A stretch of 64,000 nucleotides of DNA from Daphnia carinata (Eukaryota). Positions 1 through 13,046 of the stretch are shown here, piece by piece (position 1 is the stretch's first letter; each line of letters opens with the position of its first letter). Below the pieces are notes generated by a model. That model was not told the origin of the DNA and did not search any database. It saw only the letters and a list, made by a program, of their open reading frames with translations. Both the position numbers and the translations under genes were made by a program. Location of the stretch: the NCBI RefSeq assembly GCF_022539665.2, contig NC_081332.1, forward strand, positions 2,046,001 through 2,110,000. The letters are read 5' to 3'.

Positions 1-5
1 GTGAA

Positions 6-3000
6 ATGGATTCGGATATCCAAATAATAGAAAATTCTTTTGCTACGATTGCTTCTCTATTTGAAAATATTAATGATACTGGTGATAGTGTACCCGTACC
101 TTCCCGACCTACATTAACTAGGGAGTCGGAGGATGTGCAGGAAGATTCGAGCTCCTCTTCCAACAACCAGCAGGAGGAAGAAACTACTACAGCTGGGCAA
201 GCAGTTATTGCCCGCCTGGTATTCGGCGGCACAGTAGTCCAACAAACGGACATTCTACCTGTAAGTTTTGGGTTTTTCATACGAGGGATTTTCCTAACCG
301 GTAGTAGATAAGCAAAAGTTCATTATCAATTCGGTAGACAATGTCCACAAACGATAATAGAAGAAAACGAACAAAAGAATTCTGCACGGCTTTAAAGGAC
401 GTCATACCGTCAACGGGTTTCGACTTGTTGACTGACACCGTATCCGTCCGCGAGCGGAAAATCAATCTTCGCGAACCAAGCCCAACTCCATCGGCGAGCA
501 GTAACAGCAGTAGCGATAGCAAAGAAGACGAGTTTTTTCCTGGCAAGCACTTTGATCCAGACGTTGTATCTTGTGGCAGCTTAGGTAAGAAACGAATAAC
601 AATTTTTATCGTGTGTACAATCTTTAACTGACTGAATTGGTTCCAGGTGATGTTGACACTTCGGACGCCACACGCCAGAATTCTGTGGATGATGAGATTG
701 AAACTGCCCAAATGACGGGAAATGCCAGCACAAGTGTAGATGGAAAGGAGAGAAGAAATTCATTTGGACTCCGTCGTACGCTAGACACGCTTTTCACTTC
801 CTTGAGTAACAAATCAGGTATTCGGAAAGCCGCCGAAAAGCGTAAAACCCTTGACTTCGATAGCTCAAGCACAGATACGGATAGCATAACTGCTGCGCCT
901 CGTCCGCATATATTCATTTCTCGTCCAGCTCCTCCTCAGCCTAGTCATAAATTCAATAGAGGTGATCGGTATGTTGGCTATCATATATTAATTTTTGTTT
1001 TTCTCGTGATTTTAATTTATTCGTTCTTATTAATTTCTCGTAGAGCATACAGATCAGTCCAACCACCTGAAAAGGGAAGATCAAAAAGCATAGATGGGAG
1101 TCTAGTTGAAAAAGTGGACAGAAGGCACGTTTCACTCAGCCCCGTGATTAGTAGTCCTGAACCCGTTGCGGCTCAACAAGGTCAGATTGTTAACCTTGAT
1201 CAACCAGAGTCTTCCTCTTCGGCTTCTACTCATAATTACGCAAATGAACCAGGTACTTTTTTATCGGTAGATTGTTACCTGTTCATTAGGATATAGTCCG
1301 TTAAGAAAAATTTTATTACTAGGATTGTGTCTTCCGTTGATGGAACAAAATTCTGATCGAACTAGGGCATGTTTACCTGATGGTTCGTCTTCGGAAATGG
1401 AAAAAGACATTATGTACCGTTCATTGGAAGGCAAGGAAAGAAAAGCTTACATGACAGCAAAGGAAATTGCAAGTTCCGAACGTGTGTTTGTGGATTGCCT
1501 TCGACTTATCTGTGACGATTTTCGTCAAGCTGTCAAGGATGCTGCCATTGGGAGTAATGGCAGAGATACATTACATCCTGTCATCCCCGAAGCAGAATTG
1601 AACAAAATTCTCAATTATCTCCCGCAGCTGCAGAACCTTAATCACGAATTGCTAAATGATTTCGAATTGCGTCTCAAAAATTGGTCCACTCAACCGAAAA
1701 TCGCTGATGTCATTGTTCGCAAAGGACCGTTTCTCAAACTCTATTCGGCATACATCCGCGATTTCCAAAGCCAATCCGCCCAACTGGAAGAATGCATCCA
1801 AAAATATCCACGTTTCGCCAAAGTTCTCAAACAATTCGAACAATCCGGCAGATGCAAGAGTCTTTCGCTAAAACATTATATGCTTAAACCTGTGCAGGTA
1901 TTTTCTGTTCTGTCAAGCAGCAATGTGAATTCATTTTAATCTAGTATGGTTCTTAGCGACTACCGCAATACCGTCTTCTTCTGGAAGTCTATCTCCGGCA
2001 TCTGAATGAAAACTCGCCAGATTATCATGACACATTGGTGGCACTTAAAGTTGTTACGGATGTCGCCGAACATGCGAATAATAGTATGAAACAAGAGGTA
2101 CGTAAGATCGTTTTTTCTTGAAAATGGAATTGCTGTTGTGCTTTTATATTAACCGTTTCCAAATTATTGTCAACAGGACAACTTCCAGCGACTCATTCAC
2201 CTGCAATCTCGGTTGGGAAATTGTGAAATTATCAAGCCTGGCCGATATATAATCAAGGAAGGTGAACTGGATAAAGTTAGTCGTAAAATGTTACAACCCC
2301 GCTATTTCATTTTGGTAACTATGGCGCTCAGTATCGTGATGCAATAACAGACAAGCTTATCATACATGTTTTACAGCTTAACGATTGCCTGCTGTACACG
2401 AGCTATCTAAGCTCACCGTCGCCAAATTGCAGTTTAAAATTGCATCACGAACTTCCACTTTCTCGGATGGAAGTGCATCTTCCTTCCGTATCCGCAACTG
2501 AAGAGAATGCGAATGAGTTTAACGTCATTTCAACTGCACGCAGCTTTACCCTGGCTGCCTCTTCAATGCATGCTCGAAATGAATGGATGTGTGCGTTATC
2601 AGAAGCCATATCCGAACTTCAGTCTAAACAGTCGACATTTCCCAGTAAGATGCCCACTGACAATGGCGAATTCAGACTTCGATTAGGCCAACAGGTTAGT
2701 GTGCCTTGGTAATTGTTTGAATTGAACATTATATTTAATATTTCTTTTGTGTTAAGGCACCTGTTTGGATTCCGGACAGCAGAGTTACAATGTGCCAACT
2801 TTGTACTGCAGCGTTTAGCATTACGTTTCGACGTCACCATTGTCGTGCTTGCGGCAAGGTATGTTTAAATCTTACACTACGCTTCTATTTGCAAGTTGTT
2901 GGTACGAAACGCTTATGGTTTTAAGGGTCATCTGTTTACCGTCCATACTTTGTTTGCAGGTCGTTTGTAGAAGCTGTTCTACTCAGAAAGCGGGTTTGGA

Positions 3001-3885
3001 GTACCTGAAATTCCGCTCAGCCCGCGTGTGTGATGATTGCTTTCAAGCCATTAATGGTATCTGATTGTATCCAAACAAGTTGTTAAAATACTTAAAATTT
3101 TTCGTCAATTTCCGAAGAGCATGAAGGTTCCGTCAATGAAGACGGTATGGACTCTAGCAATTGTAGCAGTTTAATTGAAACCGATCTAAGTGCTAGCCTA
3201 GTCAATGTGCCTCCTGTCTGCTTTGTCCACGCTTTCAACGATGAAGTTACCAATAGACGGCATCCGTCTGATTCAGTGGGTCAACCGACCTCTCAAGCGG
3301 GATTAAAAGCGCAACAAGTAAAACGGGACGCTGTGCGAAAGGAGCGTCGTTATGTCCCACCACGTCTAATGGAGGTATAGCATCGAAACCTTATTCCATC
3401 AACAATTCTTTCTATTTTAGAGCTTTAAAGTAAATTTCATTTTTATAGGTTCCTGCCAACGATGCAGGATCGCAAATTAGTGGTTACCTGTCACGGAGGG
3501 CGCGGCGATCCTGGAAAAGGAATTGGTTCGTTCTAAAAGATAGAGTACTTTATATATACAAAGCGTCAGAAGATGTGGTTGCCTTAGATACTATTCCGGT
3601 GCTCGGTTATCAAGTTCAAACCTTTCAAGAGGTAAGTCTTATTAAAAACATCACAAGTGAATGGTTTTTTGGCACTTCTTAATATTTAATATAGGTGGCG
3701 GAGGACAATGAACATAACCAGTTTCAGCTGTTTCATCCCAAACAATCGCCGATAGTTTTCCATGCCGAAAATGCAATTTTAGCCAAAAAGTATTGTTTTT
3801 AGATTAATTAACGTTGCATTTTCATAACATTCTTTGTATGATTTTCAGATGGATCGAAGCCCTTTCCTCAGCCACTGTCCTTTAA
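6..3885 (+). CDS. FYVE, RhoGEF and PH domain-containing protein (FGD family Cdc42 GEF), 14 predicted coding exons; an upstream exon outside the window cannot be excluded
   Basis: Frame-consistent GT-AG exons: 6-260, 338-584, 647-968, 1044-1252, 1323-1897, 1957-2097, 2177-2314, 2377-2694, 2757-2858, 2960-3056, 3118-3374, 3449-3631, 3695-3789, 3849-3885 (TAA). DH domain ([12 protein letters not shown]...PFLKLYSAY...[15 protein letters not shown]), PH (IKEGELDKV...RYFIL), FYVE ([13 protein letters not shown]...[17 protein letters not shown]...RVCDDCF), C-terminal PH (SGYLSRR...WKRNWFVLK). Confidence 0.93.
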
Positions 3886-4314
3886 TCACGCCGTGCAATT
3901 TAATTTTAGCATTTTAATGAGTTGTCGATTTGCGAATTAACGCATTTGATTTGTGATATTTAGTTCTCCCAAAGATAATCTTTTCTTTTACAACAATTCA
4001 CCTGTCTCTAGAAATAATTGAGTGTGATAGTTTTAAATATTGGCGAGTAAAAAGAATATAATACTTCGAATCTGATTTGTCGTGGCATATTTAATGGCTA
4101 ACATTACAGTTGAAATTTACTGTATTCCTGAAGATGATGAAAGAAATGTTCTAAGTAATTCGTGGTTATTTGTGTTTTCCTGCCTGTCAACTCATTTCAG
4201 CGGAACCTCACAGTCCCTACAATTTCGTACATTGATCGAAGTGTTTGGGTTACGTTACTGTTTTTCACGTAAATCATCTTTGCATCGCATCCATGACCAG
4301 AACTTCAGTAATGA

Positions 4315-4387
4315 GGGCTTGTGGCGCAATGGATAACGCGCCTGACTACGGATCAGGAGATTCCAGGTTCGACTCCTGGCAGGCTCG
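4315..4387 (+). tRNA. tRNA-Arg, anticodon ACG
   Basis: 73-nt GGGCTTGTGGCGCAATGGATAACGCGCCTGACTACGGATCAGGAGATTCCAGGTTCGACTCCTGGCAGGCTCG folds as a cloverleaf: A box TGGCGCAATGG, anticodon loop CTACGGA, T loop GGTTCGACTCC. Pol III T5 terminator at 4392-4396. Confidence 0.97.
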
Positions 4388-4752
4388 TAAATTTTTAAAT
4401 GGTACTAACTCCAAAAGAAGGCCTTACTCCTTTGCAAAAAAGCAAACTAATAATTGAAAAAAATGAAAATTTAACGCTGATTTCAATTCAGCTATTACTT
4501 TTCTCTTTAATCCAGCCGTTTTGAAAATAATACAAAACGAAGTGCTACTTTTGCGCCGTAGCGTACTAGCGCGTTAGCGTTATCAAATATTCGGTGTATT
4601 TCAAAAACGATTAACTTAACGAAAAAAAGAACAATTTTCATAGAATAAGCATTCAATTTTGATTAAATCCTATGATTTCCCTCCAATTATAATGAGTGTC
4701 AGTTTTTGCAGGTATAAATTTTAAGCCCGACTGGCAAAATAAGCCAGTAAAG

Positions 4753-7700
4753 AGTAGGAAGCTATAGCCTTCTCACTTTTTCAAATTTTGTCAAATTCCA
4801 GATTTAATTAAAAATACGTTACATCGATGTAAAATTCATCGCTGATTACGAATATCACGTTTATTTTGACATTGACTTTATATTTTTTGAATTAACCGTA
4901 AAAGACTAAAATCGGCCAAAAATGAAAAAGTAGGAAGGCTATAGCCTTCTCACTTTTACAAATTTCGTCAAATTTCAGATTTAATTAAAAATACGTTACA
5001 TCGATGTAAAATTCATCGCTGATTACGAATATCATGTTTATTTTGACGCTGGTATTATAGTTTTTGAATTAACCGTAAAAGACTAAAATCGGCCAAAAAT
5101 GAAAAAGTAGGAAGGCTATAGCCTTCTCACTTTTTCAAATTTCGTCAAATTCCAGATTTAATTAAAAATACGTTACATCGATGTAAAATTCATCGCTGAT
5201 TACGAATATCACGTTTATTTTGACATTGACCTTATATTTTTTGAATTAACCGTAAAAGACTAAAATCGGTCAAAAATGAAAAAGTAGGAAGGCTATAGCC
5301 TTCTCACTTTTTCAAATTTCGTCAAATTCCAGATATAATTAAAAATACGTTATATTGATGCAAAATTCATCGCTGATTACGAATATCATGTTTATTTTGA
5401 CGCTGGTATTATAGTTTTTGAATTAACCGTAAAAGACTAAAATCGGCCAAAAATGAAAAAGTAGGAAGGCTATAGCCTTCTCACTTTTTCAAATTTCGTC
5501 AAATTCCAGATATAATTAAAAATACGTTATATTGATGCAGTATTCATCGCTGATTACGAATATCATGTTTATTTTGACGCTGGTATTATAGTTTTTGAAT
5601 TAACCGTAAAAGACTAAAATCGGCCAAAAATGAAAAAGTAGGAAGGCTATAGCCTTCTCACTTTTTCAAATTTCGTCAAATTCCAGATTTAATTAAAAAT
5701 ACGTTACATCGATGTAAAATTCATCGCTGATTACGAATATCATGTTTATTTTGACGCTGGTATTATAGTTTTTGAATTAACCGTAAAAGACTAAAATCGG
5801 CCAAAAATGAAAAAGTAGGAAGGCTATAGCCTTCTCACTTTTTCAAATTTCGTCAAATTCCAGATTTAATTAAAAATACGTTACATCGATGTAAAATTCA
5901 TCGCTGATTACGAATATCATGTTTATTTTGAAGCAGTGATTATAGTTTTTGAATTAACCGTAAAAGACTAAAATCGGTCAAAAATGAAAAAGTAGGAAGG
6001 CTATAGCCTTCTCACTTTTTCAAATTTCGTCAAATTCCAGATTTAATTAAAAATACGTTACATCGATGTAAAATTCATCGCTGATTACGAATATCATGTT
6101 TATTTTGACATTGACCTTATATTTTTTGAATTAACCGTAAAAGACTAAAATCGGTCAAAAATGAAAAAGTAGGAAGGCTATAGCCTTCTCACTTTTTCAA
6201 ATTTCGTCAAATTCCAGATATAATTAAAAATACGTTATATTGATGCAAAATTCATCGCTGATTACGAATATCATGTTTATTTTGACGCTGGTATTATAGT
6301 TTTTGAATTAACCGTAAAAGACTAAAATCGGCCAAAAATGAAAAAGTAGGAAGGCTATAGCCTTCTCACTTTTTCAAATTTCGTCAAATTCCAGATTTAA
6401 TTAAAAATACGTTATATTGATGCAGTATTCATCGCTGATTACGAATATCATGTTTATTTTGACGCTGGTATTATAGTTTTTGAATTAACCGTAAAAGACT
6501 AAAATCGGCCAAAAATGAAAAAGTAGGAAGGCTATAGCCTTCTCACTTTTTCAAATTTCGTCAAATTCCAGATTTAATTAAAAATACGTTACATCGATGT
6601 AAAATTCATCGCTGATTACGAATATCATGTTTATTTTGACGCTGGTATTATAGTTTTTGAATTAACCGTAAAAGACTAAAATCGGCCAAAAATGAAAAAG
6701 TAGGAAGGCTATAGCCTTCTCACTTTTTCAAATTTCGTCAAATTCCAGATATAATTAAAAATACGTTATATTGATGCAGTATTCATCGCTGATTACGAAT
6801 ATCATGTTTATTTTGACGCTGGTATTATAGTTTTTGAATTAACCGTAAAAGACTAAAATCGGCCAAAAATGAAAAAGTAGGAAGGCTATAGCCTTCTCAC
6901 TTTTTCAAATTTCGTCAAATTCCAGATATAATTAAAAATACGTTATATTGATGCAGTATTCATCGCTGATTACGAATATCATGTTTATTTTGACATTGAC
7001 CTTATATTTTTTGAATTAACCGTAAAAGACTAAAATCGGTCAAAAATGAAAAAGTAGGAAGGCTATAGCCTTCTCACTTTTTCAAATTTCGTCAAATTCC
7101 AGATTTAATTAAAAATACGTTACATCGATGTAAAATTCATCGCTGATTACGAATATCATGTTTATTTTGACGTTGGTATTATAGTTTTTGAATTAACCGT
7201 AAAAGACTAAAATCGGCCAAAAATGAAAAAGTAGGAAGGCTATAGCCTTCTCACTTTTTCAAATTTCGTCAAATTCCAGATATAATTAAAAATACGTTAT
7301 ATTGATGCAGTATTCATCGCTGATTACGAATATCATGTTTATTTTGACGCTGGTATTATAGTTTTTGAATTAACCGTAAAAGACTAAAATCGGCCAAAAA
7401 TGAAAAAGTAGGAAGGCTATAGCCTTCTCACTTTTTCAAATTTCGTCAAATTCCAGATTTAATTAAAAATACGTTACATCGATGTAAAATTCATCGCTGA
7501 TTACGAATATCATGTTTATTTTGACGCTGGTATTATAGTTTTTGAATTAACCGTAAAAGACTAAAATAGGCCAAAAATGAAAAAGTAGGAAGGCTATAGC
7601 CTTCTCACTTTTTCAAATTTCGTCAAATTCCAGATATAATTAAAAATACGTTATATTGATGCAGTATTCATCGCTGATTACGAATATCATGTTTATTTTG

Positions 7701-10700
7701 ACGCTGGTATTATAGTTTTTGAATTAACCGTAAAAGACTAAAATCGGCCAAAAATGAAAAAGTAGGAAGGCTATAGCCTTCTCACTTTTTCAAATTTCGT
7801 CAAATTCCAGATTTAATTAAAAATACGTTACATCGATGTAAAATTCATCGCTGATTACGAATATCATGTTTATTTTGACGTTGGTATTATAGTTTTTGAA
7901 TTAACCGTAAAAGACTAAAATCGGCCAAAAATGAAAAAGTAGGAAGGCTATAGTCTTCTCACTTTTTCAAATTTCGTCAAATTCCAGATTTAATTAAAAA
8001 TACGTTACATCGATGTAAAATTCATCGCTGATTACGAATATCATGTTTATTTTGACGCTGGTATTATAGTTTTTGAATTAACCGTAAAAGACTAAAATCG
8101 GCCAAAAATGAAAAAGTAGGAAGGCTATAGCCTTCTCACTTTTTCAAATTTCGTCAAATTCCAGATTTAATTAAAAATACGTTACATCGATGTAAAATTC
8201 ATCGCTGATTACGAATATCATGTTTATTTTGACGCTGGTATTATAGTTTTTGAATTAACCGTAAAAGACTAAAATCGGCCAAAAATGAAAAAGTAGGAAG
8301 GCTATAGCCTTCTCACTTTTTCAAATTTCGTCAAATTCCAGATTTAATTAAAAATACGTTACATCGATGTAAAATTCATCGCTGATTACGAATATCATGT
8401 TTATTTTGACGCTGGTATTATAGTTTTTGAATTAACCGTAAAAGACTAAAATCGGCCAAAAATGAAAAAGTAGGAAGGCTATAGCCTTCTCACTTTTTCA
8501 AATTTCGTCAAATTCCAGATATAATTAAAAATACGTTATATTGATGCAGTATTCATCGCTGATTACGAATATCATGTTTATTTTGACATTGACCTTATAT
8601 TTTTTGAATTAACCGTAAAAGACTAAAATCGGTCAAAAATGAAAAAGTAGGAAGGCTATAGCCTTCTCACTTTTTCAAATTTCGTCAAATTCCAGATTTA
8701 ATTAAAAATACGTTACATCGATGTAAAATTCATCGCTGATTACGAATATCATGTTTATTTTGACGCTGGTATTATAGTTTTTGAATTAACCGTAAAAGAC
8801 TAAAATCGGCCAAAAATGAAAAAGTAGGAAGGCTATAGCCTTCTCACTTTTTCAAATTTCGTCAAATTCCAGATTTAATTAAAAATACGTTACATCGATG
8901 TAAAATTCATCGCTGATTACGAATATCATGTTTATTTTGACGCTGGTATTATAGTTTTTGAATTAACCGTAAAAGACTAAAATCGGCCAAAAATGAAAAA
9001 GTAGGAAGGCTATAGCCTTCTCACTTTTTCAAATTTCGTCAAATTCCAGATTTAATTAAAAATACGTTACATCGATGTAAAATTCATCGCTGATTACGAA
9101 TATCATGTTTATTTTGACGCTGGTATTATAGTTTTTGAATTAACCGTAAAAGACTAAAATCGGCCAAAAATGAAAAAGTAGGAAGGCTATAGCCTTCTCA
9201 CTTTTTCAAATTTCGTCAAATTCCAGATTTAATTAAAAATACGTTACATCGATGTAAAATTCATCGCTGATTACGAATATCATGTTTATTTTGACGCTGG
9301 TATTATAGTTTTTGAATTAACCGTAAAAGACTAAAATCGGCCAAAAATGAAAAAGTAGGAAGGCTATAGCCTTCTCACTTTTTCAAATTTCGTCAAATTC
9401 CAGATTTAATTAAAAATACGTTACATCGATGTAAAATTCATCGCTGATTACGAATATCATGTTTATTTTGACGCTGGTATTATAGTTTTTGAATTAACCG
9501 TAAAAGACTAAAATCGGCCAAAAATGAAAAAGTAGGAAGGCTATAGCCTTCTCACTTTTTCAAATTTCGTCAAATTCCAGATATAATTAAAAATACGTTA
9601 TATTGATGCAGTATTCATCGCTGATTACTCATGTTTATTTTGACGCTGGTATTATAGTTTTTGAATTAACCGTAAAAGACTAAAATCGGCCAAAAATGAA
9701 AAAGTAGGAAGGCTATAGCCTTCTCACTTTTTCAAATTTCGTCAAATTCCAGATATAATTAAAAATACGTTATATTGATGCAGTATTCATCGCTGATTAC
9801 GAATATCATGTTTATTTTGACGCTGGTATTATAGTTTTTGAATTAACCGTAAAAGACTAAAATCGGCAAAAATTAAAAAGTAGGAAGGCTATAGCCTTCT
9901 CACTTTTTCAAATTTCGTCAAATTCCAGATTTAATTAAAAATACGTTATATTGATGCAGTATTCATCGCTGATTACGAATATCATGTTTATTTTGACGCT
10001 GGTATTATAGTTTTTGAATTAACCGTAAAAGACTAAAATCGGCCAAAAATGAAAAAGTAGGAAGGCTATAGCCTTCTCACTTTTTCAAATTTCGTCAAAT
10101 TCCAGATTTAATTAAAAATACGTTACATCGATGTAAAATTCATCGCTGATTACGAATATCATGTTTATTTTGACGCTGGTATTATAGTTTTTGAATTAAC
10201 CGTAAAAGACTAAAATCGGCCAAAAATGAAAAAGTAGGAAGGCTATAGCCTTCTCACTTTTTCAAATTTCGTCAAATTCCAGATTTAATTAAAAATACGT
10301 TACATCGATGTAAAATTCATCGCTGATTACGAATATCATGTTTATTTTGACGCTGGTATTATAGTTTTTGAATTAACCGTAAAAGACTAAAATCGGCCAA
10401 AAATGAAAAAGTAGGAAGGCTATAGCCTTCTCACTTTTTCAAATTTCGTCAAATTCCAGATTTAATTAAAAATACGTTACATCGATGTAAAATTCATCGC
10501 TGATTACGAATATCATGTTTATTTTGACGCTGGTATTATAGTTTTTGAATTAACCGTAAAAGACTAAAATCGGCCAAAAATGAAAAAGTAGGAAGGCTAT
10601 AGCCTTCTCACTTTTTCAAATTTCGTCAAATTCCAGATATAATTAAAAATACGTTATATTGATGCAGTATTCATCGCTGATTACGAATATCATGTTTATT

Positions 10701-12690
10701 TTGACATTGACCTTATATTTTTTGAATTAACCGTAAAAGACTAAAATCGGTCAAAAATGAAAAAGTAGGAAGGCTATAGCCTTCTCACTTTTTCAAATTT
10801 CGTCAAATTCCAGATTTAATTAAAAATACGTTACATCGATGTAAAATTCATCGCTGATTACGAATATCATGTTTATTTTGACGTTGGTATTATAGTTTTT
10901 GAATTAACCGTAAAAGACTAAAATCGGCCAAAAATGAAAAAGTAGGAAGGCTATAGCCTTCTCACTTTTTCAAATTTCGTCAAATTCCAGATATAATTAA
11001 AAATACGTTATATTGATGCAGTATTCATCGCTGATTACGAATATCATGTTTATTTTGACGCTGGTATTATAGTTTTTGAATTAACCGTAAAAGACTAAAA
11101 TCGGCCAAAAATGAAAAAGTAGGAAGGCCTTCTCACTTTTTCAAATTTCGTCAAATTCCAGATATAATTAAAAATACGTTATATTGATGCAGTATTCATC
11201 GCTGATTACGAATATCATGTTTATTTTGACGATTGGTATTATAGTTTTTGAATTAACCGTAAAAGACTAAAATCGGTCAAAAATGAAAAAGTAGGAAGGC
11301 TATAGCCTTCTCACTTTTTCAAATTTCGTCAAATTCCAGATTTAATTAAAAATACGTTACATCGATGTAAAATTCATCGCTGATTACGAATATCATGTTT
11401 ATTTTGACGTTGGTATTATAGTTTTTGAATTAACCGTAAAAGACTAAAATCGGCCAAAAATGAAAAAGTAGGAAGGCTATAGCCTTCTCACTTTTTCAAA
11501 TTTCGTCAAATTCCAGATATAATTAAAAATACGTTATATTGATGCAGTATTCATCGCTGATTACGAATATCATGTTTATTTTGACGCTGGTATTATAGTT
11601 TTTGAATTAACCGTAAAAGACTAAATCGGCCAAAAATGAAAAAGTAGGAAGGCTATAGCCTTCTCGCTTTTTCAAATTTCGTCAAATTCCAGATTTAATT
11701 AAAAATACGTTACATCGATGTAAAATTCATCGCTGATTACGAATATCATGTTTATTTTGACGCTGGTATTATAGTTTTTGAATTAACCGTAAAAGACTAA
11801 AATCGGCCAAAAATGAAAAAGTAGGAAGGCTATAGCCTTCTCACTTTTTCAAATTTCGTCAAATTCCAGATTTAATTAAAAATACGTTACATCGATGTAA
11901 AATTCATCGCTGATTACGAATATCATGTTTATTTTGACGCTGGTATTATAGTTTTTGAATTAACCGTAAAAGACTAAAATCGGCCAAAAATGAAAAAGTA
12001 GGAAGGCTATATAGCCTTCTCACTTTTTCAAATTTCGTCAAATTCCAGATATAATTAAAAATACGTTATATTGATGCAGTATTCATCGCTGATTACGAAT
12101 ATCATGTTTATTTTGACGCTGGTATTATAGTTTTTGAATTAACCGTAAAAGACTAAAATCGGCCAAAAATGAAAAAGTAGGAAGGCTATAGCCTTCTCAC
12201 TTTTTCAAATTTCGTCAAATTCCATATTTAATTAAAAATACGTTACATCGATGTAAAATTCATCGCTGATTACGAATATCATGTTTATTTTGACGCTGGT
12301 ATTATAGTTTTTGAATTAACCGTAAAAGACTAAAATAGGCCAAAAATGAAAAAGTAGGAAGGCTATAGCCTTCTCACTTTTTCAAATTTCGTCAAATTCC
12401 AGATATAATTAAAAATACGTTATATTGATGCAGTATTCATCGCTGATTACGAATATCATGTTTATTTTGACGCTGTTATTATATTTTTTGAATTAACCGT
12501 AAAAGACTAAAATCGGTCAAAAATGAAAAAGTAGGAAGGCTATAGCCTTCTCACTTTTTCAAATTTCGTCAAATTCCAGATATAATTAAAAATACGTTAT
12601 ATCGATTCAAAATTCATCGCTGATTACGAATATCACTTTTATTTTGACATTGGGTTAATAGCTTTTGAATTAACCGTTAAAAACTAAGAG
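4753..12690. repeat. 177-bp tandem satellite array, about 45 copies
   Basis: AGTAGGAAGGCTATAGCCTTC recurs at 4929, 5106, 5283, 5460, 5637 ... 12530 (period 177). Monomers are near-identical, AT-rich and ORF-free; terminal copies are more diverged. Confidence 0.98.
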
Positions 12691-13046
12691 TCGGGTTTAT
12701 TTTGTAGAGCTTATTTGTCGGGCTTAAAATTTAACGTTAATAATTTAACGTTTTTAAATTTAGGTTTAAGTTAAAAAATAAATTGATTTTTGTGATTACA
12801 TTAGATTCGGCATCGAAATCATGCATTTTAAGTCGAATTTGAAATTTGGCCAAAAATGAAAAAGGCTTTCCCATTTTCTCTGTTTTTGCTAAATTTTAAA
12901 TATAGTTTAAAATACATAATTTTGTTTCTAAATTGAACACAAATCGCGAAAATCAAGTTTGTTTTAACGTTGGTCTCATATTTTATTTAATAAATGAAAT
13001 AAATGAAAGCGTTCGTGTAAAATCCGACTGAAAAATAAGCCCGACT
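12689..13046. mobile_element. Degenerate foldback/MITE-like palindromic element related to the satellite monomer
   Basis: Ends AGTCGGGTTTATTTT (12689-12703) and AAAATAAGCCCGACT (13032-13046) are inverted with 1 mismatch. Internal arms are imperfectly complementary around ~12868. The right arm resembles the monomer (CGAAAATCAAGTTTGTTTTAACGTTGGT vs CGAATATCATGTTTATTTTGACGTTGGT). No transposase is present. Confidence 0.5.

Noticed and set aside
4082..4457. ORFs of 84 and 70 aa
   Set aside because: They overlap the tRNA-Arg gene, have non-ATG starts and show no protein features.
4753..12690. CRISPR-like array (regular repeats with a palindrome)
   Set aside because: There are no unique spacers: the whole 177-bp unit repeats. 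No cas genes, and the context is eukaryotic.
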